DNA of 64,000 nucleotides from NCBI RefSeq assembly GCF_057098645.1, contig NZ_CM169472.1; one strand, 5' to 3'. Shown piece by piece: positions 11,460 to 22,094 of this stretch (position 1 is its first letter; each line of letters starts with the position of its first letter). The notes under the pieces were generated by a model. It saw only the letters and a program-made list of their open reading frames with translations, ran no database searches and was not told where the DNA came from. The position numbers and the translations under genes were made by a program.

Positions 11460-12656
11460 TCAGGCAATAACGCCCAGTTGTTTACCAATACGCGTGAATG
11501 CTTCTACTGCACGCGTAATTTGCTCAGGGGTATGCGCCGCAGACATCTGGGTACGAATACGCGCCTGACCTTTCGGAACGACCGGATAGAAGAAACCGGT
11601 GACGTAAATGCCCTCTTTTTGCAGCTCACGGGCAAATTTCTGCGCCACTACTGCATCGCCAAGCATGACCGGAATAATGGCATGATCGGCTCCCGCCAGG
11701 GTAAAGCCCGCCGCCGACATTTGCTCACGGAACTGACGCGCGTTCGCCCACAGACGGTCACGCAGCTCGCTACCCGCTTCAACCATCTCCAGCACTTTGA
11801 TAGAAGCGGCAACAATGGCCGGAGCCAGCGAGTTGGAGAACAGGTACGGACGAGAACGCTGGCGCAGCCACTCAATCACTTCTTTGCGCGCCGCGGTATA
11901 ACCACCAGAAGCCCCGCCCAGCGCTTTACCAAGCGTACCGGTGATAATATCGACCCGGCCCATCACATCGCAGTATTCATGGGAACCACGACCATTTTCA
12001 CCGACAAAACCGACCGCGTGGGAGTCGTCTACCATCACCAGGGCATCGTATTTATCTGCCAGATCGCAAACGCCTTTCAGGTTGGCAATCACGCCGTCCA
12101 TCGAGAACACACCATCGGTGGCAATCAGCACATGACGCGCACCGGCTTCACGCGCTTCTTTCAGACGTGCTTCCAGCTCCTGCATATCGTTGTTGGCATA
12201 GCGATAGCGTTTAGCTTTACACAGACGCACACCATCAATAATAGACGCGTGGTTCAGTGCGTCGGAGATAATGGCGTCTTCCGCGCCCAGCAGCGTTTCA
12301 AACAGGCCACCGTTAGCATCAAAGCAGGAAGAGTAGAGAATCGCATCTTCCATCCCCAGGAATGCCGCCAGTTTTTGTTCAAGCTCTTTATGGCTGTCCT
12401 GAGTGCCGCAAATAAAACGCACCGAAGCCATGCCGAAACCATGAGAATCCATTCCCGCCTTTGCCGCCGCAATCAGATCCGGATGATTCGCCAGCCCGAG
12501 ATAGTTATTGGCACAAAAGTTAATGACGTGGCTTCCATCAGCCACAGTGATATCTGCTTGCTGCGCAGACGTAATAATGCGCTCTTCTTTAAACAACCCT
12601 TCCGCCCGTGCGGTTTCCAGATCGTTGGTTAACTGCTGATAAAATTCTCCACGCAT
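11460..12656 (-). CDS. kbl: 2-amino-3-ketobutyrate CoA ligase (glycine C-acetyltransferase)
   Basis: 398-aa PLP-dependent aminotransferase class II sequence; kbl-tdh operon arrangement. Confidence 0.95.
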   Translation of the reverse strand: MRGEFYQQLTNDLETARAEGLFKEERIITSAQQADITVADGSHVINFCANNYLGLANHPDLIAAAKAGMDSHGFGMASVRFICGTQDSHKELEQKLAAFLGMEDAILYSSCFDANGGLFETLLGAEDAIISDALNHASIIDGVRLCKAKRYRYANNDMQELEARLKEAREAGARHVLIATDGVFSMDGVIANLKGVCDLADKYDALVMVDDSHAVGFVGENGRGSHEYCDVMGRVDIITGTLGKALGGASGGYTAARKEVIEWLRQRSRPYLFSNSLAPAIVAASIKVLEMVEAGSELRDRLWANARQFREQMSAAGFTLAGADHAIIPVMLGDAVVAQKFARELQKEGIYVTGFFYPVVPKGQARIRTQMSAAHTPEQITRAVEAFTRIGKQLGVIA

Positions 12657-12869
12657 TGCGATTCTCCAGACAGGGCAAATTCCAGCACATATTACCCAAA
12701 CTTATAGGTCGCGACGAGATGACGCGTTAACACTTCTGCAAAATTCAGGATAAATAACGTCCATCAATCTCACTTTTGGCGAATGGCTGAAGCCAACGCC
12801 GTGTAGTGATATGATAGAAGTATTCGTGTCTGAGATTGTCTCTGACTCCATAATTCGAAGGTTACAGTT

Positions 12870-13802
12870 ATGATCATCGTTACCGGCGGCGCGGGCTTTA
12901 TCGGCAGCAACATCGTTAAGGCCCTGAATGATAAAGGCATCACCGATATTCTGGTGGTGGACAACCTGAAAGACGGCACCAAGTTTGTGAACCTGGTGGA
13001 TCTGGATATCGCGGACTATATGGATAAGGAAGACTTCCTGATCCAGATTATGGCTGGCGAAGAGTTCGGCGATGTCGAAGCGATTTTCCACGAAGGCGCA
13101 TGCTCTTCCACCACCGAGTGGGATGGCAAGTATATGATGGATAACAACTATCAATACTCCAAAGAGCTGCTGCACTACTGTCTGGAGCGCGAAATCCCGT
13201 TCCTGTATGCATCTTCCGCGGCCACCTACGGCGGACGCACCTCCGACTTTATTGAATCCCGCGAGTACGAAAAACCGTTGAACGTCTACGGTTACTCAAA
13301 ATTCCTGTTTGATGAATATGTTCGTCAAATCCTGCCTGAAGCGAACTCGCAGATTGTTGGCTTCCGTTATTTCAACGTTTATGGACCGCGTGAAGGCCAT
13401 AAAGGCAGCATGGCGAGCGTCGCTTTCCATCTCAACACCCAGCTTAACAACGGTGAATCGCCAAAACTGTTCGAAGGTAGCGAGAACTTCAAACGTGACT
13501 TCGTCTATGTGGGCGACGTGGCAGATGTAAACCTGTGGTTCTTGGAAAATGGCGTTTCCGGCATCTTCAACCTCGGCACCGGTCGTGCGGAATCCTTCCA
13601 GGCTGTAGCTGATGCTACGCTGGCTTATCACAAGAAAGGCCAGATCGAATACATTCCGTTCCCGGATAAGCTGAAAGGCCGCTACCAGGCGTTCACTCAG
13701 GCAGATCTGACAAATCTGCGCGCGGCGGGTTACGACAAACCGTTCAAAACCGTTGCTGAAGGTGTAACGGAATACATGGCCTGGCTGAATCGCGACGCAT
13801 AA
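12870..13802 (+). CDS. hldD: ADP-L-glycero-D-manno-heptose 6-epimerase
   Basis: 310-aa [22 protein letters not shown]... (NAD-binding GxxGxxG). Confidence 0.95.
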
Positions 13803-13811
13803 GAGCTCTGC

Positions 13812-14858
13812 ATGAAAATACTGGTGATCGGCCCGTCTTGGGTTGGCGACATGATGATGTCGCAAAGTCTCTATCGCACGCTCCAGGCGCGCTATCCCCA
13901 GGCGATAATCGATGTGATGGCACCGGCATGGTGCCGTCCATTATTATCGCGGATGCCGGAAGTTAACGAAGCTATTCCTATGCCTCTCGGTCACGGAGCG
14001 CTGGAAATCGGCGAACGCCGCAAACTGGGTCATAGCCTGCGTGAAAAGCGCTACGACCGCGCCTACGTCTTACCCAACTCCTTCAAATCTGCATTAGTGC
14101 CTTTCTTCGCGGGTATTCCTCATCGCACCGGCTGGCGCGGCGAGATGCGCTACGGTTTACTCAACGATGTACGCGTGCTCGATAAAGAAGCCTGGCCGCT
14201 AATGGTGGAACGCTATGTCGCGCTGGCCTATGACAAAGGCGTGATGCGTACCGCACAAGATCTACCAAAACCGTTGTTATGGCCGCAATTGCAGGTGAGC
14301 GAAGGTGAAAAATCATATACCTGTAATCAATTTTCGCTTTCATCAGAACGTCCGATGATTGGTTTTTGCCCGGGTGCGGAGTTTGGTCCGGCAAAACGCT
14401 GGCCACACTACCACTATGCGGAACTGGCAAAGCAGCTGATTGATGAAGGTTATCAGGTGGTTCTGTTTGGCTCTGCGAAAGATCATGAAGCGGGCAATGA
14501 GATTCTTGCCGCTTTGAATACCGAGCAGCAGGCATGGTGTCGGAACCTGGCGGGGGAAACACAGCTTGATCAAGCGGTTATCCTGATTGCAGCCTGTAAA
14601 GCCATTGTCACTAACGATTCTGGCCTGATGCATGTTGCGGCGGCGCTCAATCGTCCGCTGGTTGCCCTGTATGGTCCGAGTAGCCCGGACTTCACACCGC
14701 CGCTATCCCATAAAGCGCGCGTGATCCGCCTGATTACCGGCTATCACAAAGTGCGTAAAGGTGACGCTGCGGAGGGTTATCACCAGAGCTTGATCGACAT
14801 TACTCCCCAGCGCGTACTGGAAGAACTCAACGCGCTATTGTTACAAGAGGAAGCCTGA
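13812..14858 (+). CDS. waaF: LPS heptosyltransferase II
   Basis: 348-aa GT9 ORF directly after hldD. Confidence 0.95.
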   Translation: MKILVIGPSWVGDMMMSQSLYRTLQARYPQAIIDVMAPAWCRPLLSRMPEVNEAIPMPLGHGALEIGERRKLGHSLREKRYDRAYVLPNSFKSALVPFFAGIPHRTGWRGEMRYGLLNDVRVLDKEAWPLMVERYVALAYDKGVMRTAQDLPKPLLWPQLQVSEGEKSYTCNQFSLSSERPMIGFCPGAEFGPAKRWPHYHYAELAKQLIDEGYQVVLFGSAKDHEAGNEILAALNTEQQAWCRNLAGETQLDQAVILIAACKAIVTNDSGLMHVAAALNRPLVALYGPSSPDFTPPLSHKARVIRLITGYHKVRKGDAAEGYHQSLIDITPQRVLEELNALLLQEEA

Positions 14859-14861
14859 CGG

Positions 14862-15851
14862 ATGCGGGTTTTGATCGTTAAAACATCGTCGATGGGCGAT
14901 GTTCTCCATACGTTGCCCGCACTCACTGATGCCCAGCAGGCAATTCCAGGGATTAAATTTGACTGGGTGGTGGAAGAAGGGTTCGCACAGATTCCTTCCT
15001 GGCACGCTGCCGTTGAGCGAGTTATTCCTGTGGCAATACGTCGCTGGCGTAAAGCCTGGTTCTCGGCCCCCATAAAAGCAGAACGCAAAGCGTTTCGTGA
15101 AGCGCTACAAGCAGAGAACTATGACGCAGTTATCGACGCTCAGGGGCTGGTAAAAAGCGCGGCGCTGGTGACGCGTCTGGCGCATGGCGTAAAGCATGGA
15201 ATGGACTGGCAAACCGCTCGCGAACCTTTAGCCAGTCTGTTTTACAATCGTAAGCATCATATTGCAAAACAGCAGCACGCCGTAGAACGCACCCGCGAAC
15301 TGTTTGCCAAAAGTCTGGGCTATAGCAAACCGCAAACCCAGGGCGATTATGCTATTGCACAGCATTTCCTGACGAACCTGCCTACAGATGCTGGCGAATA
15401 TGCCGTATTTCTTCATGCGACGACCCGTGATGATAAACACTGGCCGGAAGAACACTGGCGAGAATTGATTGGTTTACTGGCTGATTCAGGAATACGGATT
15501 AAACTTCCGTGGGGCGCGCCGCATGAGGAAGAACGGGCGAAACGACTGGCGAAAGGATTTGCTTATGTTGAAGTATTGCCGAAGATGAGTCTGGAAGGCG
15601 TTGCCCGCGTGCTGGCCGGGGCTAAATTTGTAGTGTCGGTGGATACGGGGTTAAGCCATTTAACGGCGGCACTGGATAGACCCAATATCACGGTTTATGG
15701 ACCAACCGATCCGGGATTAATTGGCGGATATGGGAAGAATCAGATAGTTTGTAGAGCTCCGGGGAATGAGTTGTCTCAATTGACAGCAAATGCTGTTAAG
15801 CGGTTCATTGAAAAAAACGCTGAAAACGCTGAAAACGCTGCTATGATTTAA
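14862..15851 (+). CDS. waaC: LPS heptosyltransferase I
   Basis: 329-aa GT9 ORF; 3' end carries a 3 x 9-bp tandem repeat encoding NAENAENA. Confidence 0.9.
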   Translation: MRVLIVKTSSMGDVLHTLPALTDAQQAIPGIKFDWVVEEGFAQIPSWHAAVERVIPVAIRRWRKAWFSAPIKAERKAFREALQAENYDAVIDAQGLVKSAALVTRLAHGVKHGMDWQTAREPLASLFYNRKHHIAKQQHAVERTRELFAKSLGYSKPQTQGDYAIAQHFLTNLPTDAGEYAVFLHATTRDDKHWPEEHWRELIGLLADSGIRIKLPWGAPHEEERAKRLAKGFAYVEVLPKMSLEGVARVLAGAKFVVSVDTGLSHLTAALDRPNITVYGPTDPGLIGGYGKNQIVCRAPGNELSQLTANAVKRFIEKNAENAENAAMI

Positions 15852-15873
15852 ATTACAACTCCTTAATAGATAA

Positions 15874-15905
15874 TTTTAAATAAAATCAGCTTCCTTGCTG
15901 ATTTT
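15874..15905. terminator. Bidirectional hairpin between convergent waaC and waaL
   Basis: aaaatcagc-ttcctt-gctgatttt inverted repeat flanked by A/T runs. Confidence 0.5.
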
Positions 15906-15919
15906 ATTTCACATATTCA

Positions 15920-17173
15920 TTATTTATCTAATAAACATTGGTCCGATTGTGCTTTAAAATAAGCACAAAGCAATATTATGGTGACAAACACAGCAGTCGG
16001 AACCGGTTTAGAAAAGAGTATTACATCACTTAGGCCTACTACCAGTAGTGAAAAAAGCAAGATCAAAATATAAGGTTCTTTAGCAGTTCTTAAGGCATAT
16101 ATGAGTATTGCTGAAAATGCTAAAATTGTTAATACAACTCCAGGAATACCACGCGTTGATAACGTATCTATGAGATCGTTATGCAAATGAGAATCTACAT
16201 AGGGTAAAGCGCCACTCAATCTAGGCTCTTTTTCTTCTAGTTCATGTATTTTTTCTGCACGTTTTTCCAGTGATTGTCCTATTGGAGAATATGTTTTTAA
16301 GCCAACTTCATACATTGCCAGACGGGCACCGACTGAAGTTCTGGTGTTATCATGCGAATAATTAACTAAATCGTTATTTAAGTCATTCATTCTCATAAGC
16401 AATGTATCTTTAAAAGAAAATACACCTGCTAATAATGCAATCGCAATAAAACAATATAATTTATAATTAATTCGCTTATTAATATAACTATCCATTACGA
16501 TTAATAGTAACGCAAAGAATGGAAACACTAATATGGCTGCACGCGTCTCAGTTACTATGACAGCACATAAGCTAAGCATGAAGTTAATTGTATATAATGT
16601 TGTTTTATGTCTAAAGTCGGATTTTAAAATGAGAATTGATGCCAGTAAAGAAGGGAAAAGGATGATGTAGCCTGCTGTTGTAGCGTGGGAAGCTGATAAT
16701 GCAACACGGTCAACGTTTAAATAGAAATGTTGCCACATGGCATGCGCAAAAAAAAGTAACTGCGTTGCCAGGGATGCGAACAGAATTAGTTTCTCAAATT
16801 TTATTTTTGTTCTTATCTCATTTTTAGCAAAAAGAACCAAGAAAATAAAAGCGCTACACAAGGCAATTTTTCCAGTTTCCATTGGGCCACGATATGCATT
16901 GGTATAAATAGAGCCTGAAACTTTATAATGTGAATACCAGATGATATTTACGATACCCAAAAGACATAATGAGATGAAAATTAACAAAGTAGGATTATTA
17001 GTTATTGTTTTTTTTGGTGTCATTAGAAAATACAATGCAGATATAATTCCAGCTGCATGAAGAAACTTTGTTGCAACATCATCCCATAAAGACAAAGTCA
17101 TTAAAGAAAAAATACATAATATGAGAATTAAAGACTTTATACCAGAATTAATTTCATTCCAACAAAACGACAT
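15920..17173 (-). CDS. waaL: O-antigen ligase (polytopic membrane protein)
   Basis: 417-aa highly hydrophobic multi-TM ORF, AT-rich; last gene of the minus-strand waa operon. Confidence 0.85.
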   Translation of the reverse strand: MSFCWNEINSGIKSLILILCIFSLMTLSLWDDVATKFLHAAGIISALYFLMTPKKTITNNPTLLIFISLCLLGIVNIIWYSHYKVSGSIYTNAYRGPMETGKIALCSAFIFLVLFAKNEIRTKIKFEKLILFASLATQLLFFAHAMWQHFYLNVDRVALSASHATTAGYIILFPSLLASILILKSDFRHKTTLYTINFMLSLCAVIVTETRAAILVFPFFALLLIVMDSYINKRINYKLYCFIAIALLAGVFSFKDTLLMRMNDLNNDLVNYSHDNTRTSVGARLAMYEVGLKTYSPIGQSLEKRAEKIHELEEKEPRLSGALPYVDSHLHNDLIDTLSTRGIPGVVLTILAFSAILIYALRTAKEPYILILLFSLLVVGLSDVILFSKPVPTAVFVTIILLCAYFKAQSDQCLLDK

Positions 17174-17218
17174 ATAGTTTCAACCTATGCTACGAGGATG
17201 GGTTATTTAATGCAAGAT

Positions 17219-18202
17219 CTAACGTTTATTCTTTTTTCTATTTACCAGTCTTACCATCCTCCAGAGAATATAATTTTTTGATACTAATATTTTTGCTCGT
17301 CTCTTGTCTCTCTTGCCAGGAAGATTACAATCTTTTAATTCTTTTTCATTGCTATCAACTAATTGATTTAATAGTTTAAAATCACCATTAAGTAGAACAT
17401 TCCATAAATAACGAGTTTTATGATAAGCTCTATTTTGAGTCAATAATGTATGAATTTCTTCTTTCCGGTTACCTTTGTATAACTGCATCACAGAAGAGTA
17501 GATTCTTTCGTGCGCAAATGACTCATGTCGATAATGAGTGATGGTTCTACATGAGTTCATTAAGGAATTTTCTCTATAGTTATGCTTATACATATAATAT
17601 GGAACCGCATACATATCGCATGTAATTAGCAGTCGATAGATAAAATCCAGATCTTCTCCTAGTCGTAAATCTTCATCAAAAAAAAGATTATTCTCTTCCA
17701 GAAGTTGTTTTCTTATAAACAAGCACCCTATATGGAATCTAACCTTTTTATAAAAAAAGTCGAAAAGTAAAGATCCTTCATTAAACTCTGTATTTATAGG
17801 TGAGTAAGTAACACCATCTTTTATATAATGGCCATAAAGCCCACAATAAATCGCATCCCCTCCCGTCTCATGTTGTCTGGTATACATCTTCAGCAGATAG
17901 TTAGGATCTATCTCATCATCATCATCCATAAAACATATAAACTGTCCTTGCGCCTTGCGGATACCTGTATTCCTGGCTGACGAAACACCGCCATTTTCTT
18001 TATTGAGAATAATTAATCGAGAGTGGGTTAACCCATACTCTCTCAAAACGTTTGATGTGTTATCTTTAGAACCATCATTAACAATAACAATTTCAAAATT
18101 TGGGTAAGTTTGTTTTTCTAATTTCGTTAGAGTTTCAGTAATGTAATCAGATGAATTATACGTCGGTATTATTATGGATACTAAAGGGTAATCATTGCTC
18201 AT
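17219..18202 (-). CDS. waaV: Family-2 glycosyltransferase (outer-core beta-glucosyltransferase, WaaV-like)
   Basis: 327-aa ORF with GT2 N-terminal signature (VSIIIPTYNSSDYI...NDGSKDNT...DDDDE); position matches R1-type order. Confidence 0.75.
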   Translation of the reverse strand: MSNDYPLVSIIIPTYNSSDYITETLTKLEKQTYPNFEIVIVNDGSKDNTSNVLREYGLTHSRLIILNKENGGVSSARNTGIRKAQGQFICFMDDDDEIDPNYLLKMYTRQHETGGDAIYCGLYGHYIKDGVTYSPINTEFNEGSLLFDFFYKKVRFHIGCLFIRKQLLEENNLFFDEDLRLGEDLDFIYRLLITCDMYAVPYYMYKHNYRENSLMNSCRTITHYRHESFAHERIYSSVMQLYKGNRKEEIHTLLTQNRAYHKTRYLWNVLLNGDFKLLNQLVDSNEKELKDCNLPGKRDKRRAKILVSKNYILWRMVRLVNRKKNKR

Positions 18203-18297
18203 CGTGTGCTCATCGTGTTCTCTTGCCTGAACTAATAAAATATGATAGTACTCATCCTTAATTATTATTGTAACTCAGACATCCATGATTTTTATTA

Positions 18298-19323
18298 TTA
18301 TCCAAATAGTTTTCTTTTATACTTATTTAATTTAAATTTAATGAAGTAAATAAACGCGTTAAACGTATCACCATTTTTCTTTGCATGTTGATATTTCACT
18401 TGATACTGCTTTTCATTCGTGGCTGGAATAAACGCCACATCATTCCAGCAAGAAGCCTGATAAGCCTCATTAAAATAGTTCTGGCAGGGATAATTCGTCC
18501 AGTCGTTCCAGGGCTTCGTTACGCCAACATAATGAATCAGCTTAGTATCATCGGTAATGGTCTTTTTATAATCTTCATAGCTTTTATTCTTTAACTCATA
18601 GTCAATGCCATAAAAGCAATCATAATCGCCGCTAATAAAAATACAATGACCAAAGAACAGAATATTTAAAATATCCTGATCAAGGCATTTATACTTCGTG
18701 TGCTGCGGGTCACTTGCCAGCATAGCAATGGCTTTATTCATAAAATCATTTTTCGCCCATGCTTCAAGCTGCAGATATACTACACCGGCGTTGAAATAAT
18801 TCCCTGGAAGTCCCTCTATAGCCAGACGCTTCGCTGGTTTTTCCTGCATAAAAGGCACATCTTTAATAACAGCTGCAAACTTATCCCCATCAAAATAAAT
18901 ATCAAGTAATCCAGCTAATGAGCCTTTACAGATGACATCAGCATCGATATATAACAGATTTTCAATAGTTTCACTCAGATACTGGAACGCAACTAAACGG
19001 AAGAATGTTGCATAAGACCACTGTTTCAGGCTGGGGAAGATATCAATAAAGGCATTGGAGACTTTATAAATTCTTACTTCAACGTTAGCATTTTTGCTGG
19101 TAAAAGCATTAACACGTTGTAGATAATCTTCATCAATGTAGTCGGTAAAGAGATGAAACTTAACTGCAAGGTCCGGGTTATGCATAACAACTGATTGCAT
19201 AGATACTGCCGCACCAAATAAAAAGTTACGGTCAATACCGTAAGCGATATTTAACACACGATCGGTGTTAGCAATTTCCCCAGAGACAGCGACTTCAGTA
19301 ATACTCTCAGCTAATAAATCCAT
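18298..19323 (-). CDS. waaW: Family-8 glycosyltransferase (outer-core alpha-1,2-galactosyltransferase, WaaW-like)
   Basis: 341-aa ORF; GT8 features (NIAYGIDRNF..., DADV motif), paralogous to the waaT/waaO ORFs. Confidence 0.75.
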   Translation of the reverse strand: MDLLAESITEVAVSGEIANTDRVLNIAYGIDRNFLFGAAVSMQSVVMHNPDLAVKFHLFTDYIDEDYLQRVNAFTSKNANVEVRIYKVSNAFIDIFPSLKQWSYATFFRLVAFQYLSETIENLLYIDADVICKGSLAGLLDIYFDGDKFAAVIKDVPFMQEKPAKRLAIEGLPGNYFNAGVVYLQLEAWAKNDFMNKAIAMLASDPQHTKYKCLDQDILNILFFGHCIFISGDYDCFYGIDYELKNKSYEDYKKTITDDTKLIHYVGVTKPWNDWTNYPCQNYFNEAYQASCWNDVAFIPATNEKQYQVKYQHAKKNGDTFNAFIYFIKFKLNKYKRKLFG

Positions 19324-19348
19324 GTTGGTTCCGTTTTGACTATGTGGT

Positions 19349-20041
19349 TTACGCTTTGCCTTTTAATTTTTTAATAAATTTGCGTAGTTTGGTTCTGTAG
19401 ATTACTGAATAGTAGCCATAATCTTTTATTTCGTTGGCAATACCCAGGTGACATTCCATGGCCAGACGATCACGAGCTTTACGCTCTGCCGTACAGCTTT
19501 TACCGGATAGGTCAATTATCCTGACACCATCTTTACTAACGATAAAGTTACCCCGGTGTGGGTCGCCCGATAGCATATTTAAGGCATGCAATTTTTCCAT
19601 TGAAGCCTTAATTTCTGCTTTAACATTTTCTGGAATAATCGGCATATCATTGAGCTCTACGCCCTCGACATACTCGATAAGCATGATAAAAACACTGGCA
19701 TAGTTGAAAATTTTACGCTCAGCCAGAAAATAAAAATCATTAGGAAAAGTAAGACCTGCACTTCTGACACGATCGGTTTCAACGATCAAATTCTGATAGT
19801 AGTCACCTTTTACAAAAGATTTTAAAAAACGTTCATTCCTTTTCGTTTTCGGAGCAAAGACTTTAAAAACATAGCGACCATATTTCGTATCAATCAACGA
19901 TACTTTGGTATCATCAATATTACGTAATACTTTTACTGTTTTAAAATTATAGGCCAGTATTTCATCAAAGATTTCTTTATATTTATTATCATTATCTTTG
20001 TAATAAAATGAGAAGCCGCGATAACGTATACTTGTAATCAT
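19349..20041 (-). CDS. waaY: LPS core heptose II kinase
   Basis: 230-aa ORF with kinase-like HRGNF motif; position between two GT8 genes as in waa operons. Confidence 0.8.
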   Translation of the reverse strand: MITSIRYRGFSFYYKDNDNKYKEIFDEILAYNFKTVKVLRNIDDTKVSLIDTKYGRYVFKVFAPKTKRNERFLKSFVKGDYYQNLIVETDRVRSAGLTFPNDFYFLAERKIFNYASVFIMLIEYVEGVELNDMPIIPENVKAEIKASMEKLHALNMLSGDPHRGNFIVSKDGVRIIDLSGKSCTAERKARDRLAMECHLGIANEIKDYGYYSVIYRTKLRKFIKKLKGKA

Positions 20042-20050
20042 AAGAGTAAT

Positions 20051-21046
20051 TTATTTCTTAAGCTTGTACTTAATTAATGAAGTTATGCCTTTTATATACT
20101 CACCATGGGCAAACAGATGCTTATATTGTTTCTGCATTTCTGCAACAGTCCGCGCCTCTTTAAGAGGATATTTCTTCCAGGGAGATTGTTCACGCGCGAT
20201 ATTAAAGTATGATGCAGACGGATATCCAGCCCAGCTATGCCATGGTTTAGTTATCCCTGTATAGTGAATCAACACTGTTTTATCGGTAATGGTTTGCTGA
20301 TACTTTCGATGACTACGATCATAAAGTTCGTTTTTCAGGGTATAAATAGTATCAAAATCCTTCGCAAGGTAGATATTATTCATATTAAATGCGATATTCA
20401 ACGCATCCTGATCTAAATATTTAAGAGAGCCATATTTAGTTTCCCCTCGTAAAAGTTTGAGTAAATACGGTGTCAAATTTGCTTCATGCCATTTTTTAAG
20501 ATTGACATAGATAACGCCTGCATTGAAATAACGTCCATTCATTTCGGGAATGTTGAGGCGTTTTGCACATGCCGCCTGAGTACTATCATTGTCAGGAATG
20601 ACCGCAGCAAACTCATCTTTAAATATAATTTCTGTGAGAGGTTTCAGGCTTCCTTTACAAACAACATCGGCATCCAGATACAGCAGTGTGGAAATACTTT
20701 CACTCAGATATTCAAAAGACAATACCCTGAAGTATGTCGCGTACGACCAAAACTGTGACGTCGGCAGATCAGCAAAGTATTTGGGGTCAATTAAATATAC
20801 AATAATTGAGGTATTAAATTGTTTTGCTGTTTCATTAAATGACTTTAAATAATCATCATCCACATAATCAGTGAAAACATGAAAGACAAAATTAATATCT
20901 GAATTATTAATCAAAACGGAAGAAATTGAAACGCCAGCACCATACAAAAAATTCTTATCGATACCGTAGGAAACATTTAGCTCTGGGGCGTTTTCTTTTT
21001 TATTATCTGCTAAATACGAAAACCGTTCTTTTATAAATTCATTCAT
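20051..21046 (-). CDS. waaT: Family-8 glycosyltransferase (outer-core alpha-1,2-galactosyltransferase, WaaT-like)
   Basis: 331-aa GT8 ORF (VSYGIDKNF..., DADVV). Confidence 0.75.
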   Translation of the reverse strand: MNEFIKERFSYLADNKKENAPELNVSYGIDKNFLYGAGVSISSVLINNSDINFVFHVFTDYVDDDYLKSFNETAKQFNTSIIVYLIDPKYFADLPTSQFWSYATYFRVLSFEYLSESISTLLYLDADVVCKGSLKPLTEIIFKDEFAAVIPDNDSTQAACAKRLNIPEMNGRYFNAGVIYVNLKKWHEANLTPYLLKLLRGETKYGSLKYLDQDALNIAFNMNNIYLAKDFDTIYTLKNELYDRSHRKYQQTITDKTVLIHYTGITKPWHSWAGYPSASYFNIAREQSPWKKYPLKEARTVAEMQKQYKHLFAHGEYIKGITSLIKYKLKK

Positions 21047-21062
21047 TTAACTTTTCTCAATT

Positions 21063-22079
21063 TCATTTTATTATCTTTAAATAAAAATAATAAATATAAT
21101 TCATTATCCCGTTAATTGGTTTGTTTTGTTTAAAATTATGCTTGGCGCAATAACGAGCATAGTTTGAGTTAACTGGCCGCATTAACGGTTCATTTTTCCA
21201 GGGCGATGCTTCTTTGGCTTTGATAAAAGGTTGCGCACTTGGATAACCGGCCCAGTAATGCCAGGGTTTTGTCGGGCCGACATAATGAATTAATACGGTT
21301 TCATCATTAATTGGACAAACAAATGATTTTTTTAATTCATAATTTAAACTAAATTGCGTATTGTATTTAGCATCAATGAATTTAACTTTCCCTAACAGGA
21401 TAAGATTAAGGATATCTTGATCCATATAGGTTAAACGGGAAACGATGGCTTTATCAGCAAGCATCGACATCGCTTTAGCAGAAACGGACTCCTGCGCCCA
21501 CGCTAGTGTATTAATTAACAGGACACCTGAATTAAAGTAACCCTTTTCAAGTTCATTACACTGCAGACTTTGACCCCGTAACGACCACCAGTTAGCATCG
21601 CGTTCAGTAACAACAGCAGCAACGTTATTGGCAAGATCCATTGTTATCAGCGGCTTTAAGTTTCCCTGACAGGCGATATCAGCATCCAGGTAAAGGATCT
21701 TATCTTGTTGATCAATAAAGTAATCTGCAATTACAAAACGGAAATACATGGCAATAGACCAATTTTTGGTCGTCGGTAATGCCTTAAGCCGTTCACAATT
21801 TACCAGATGGATCTGGATACAGGTACGATAGCTTTTCGCCAATTGGGCTAAACGCTGGATATCGGCTTCAGGGATATCATCAATAAAAACGTGGAAAACA
21901 AAACTCACGTCGTTGTTATGTAACAAAACTGACGTGATTGAAACACCACAACCAAAAAGAAAGTTTTTATCAATGCCATAAGCAACATGGAATGATGATG
22001 CCACTGACGCCGCAGGCCTTTCATCGAAGATGATTGTCTTATTGATCATCTCTTGTGGATTAAAATAGTGGGCACTCAT
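21063..22079 (-). CDS. waaO: Family-8 glycosyltransferase (outer-core alpha-1,3-glucosyltransferase, WaaO/WaaI-like)
   Basis: 338-aa GT8 ORF (VAYGIDKNF..., DADIA). Confidence 0.8.
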   Translation of the reverse strand: MSAHYFNPQEMINKTIIFDERPAASVASSFHVAYGIDKNFLFGCGVSITSVLLHNNDVSFVFHVFIDDIPEADIQRLAQLAKSYRTCIQIHLVNCERLKALPTTKNWSIAMYFRFVIADYFIDQQDKILYLDADIACQGNLKPLITMDLANNVAAVVTERDANWWSLRGQSLQCNELEKGYFNSGVLLINTLAWAQESVSAKAMSMLADKAIVSRLTYMDQDILNLILLGKVKFIDAKYNTQFSLNYELKKSFVCPINDETVLIHYVGPTKPWHYWAGYPSAQPFIKAKEASPWKNEPLMRPVNSNYARYCAKHNFKQNKPINGIMNYIYYFYLKIIK

Positions 22080-22094
22080 ATTTCTCTCCGGAAA

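Noticed and set aside
11478-12632. 384-aa plus-strand ORF covering almost all of kbl
   Set aside because: Antisense to kbl; no independent support.
12702-13175. 157-aa minus-strand ORF in the kbl-hldD interval, considered as a possible htrL remnant
   Set aside because: It overlaps the well-supported hldD start on the opposite strand and does not resemble a glycosyltransferase-family protein; treated as spurious.
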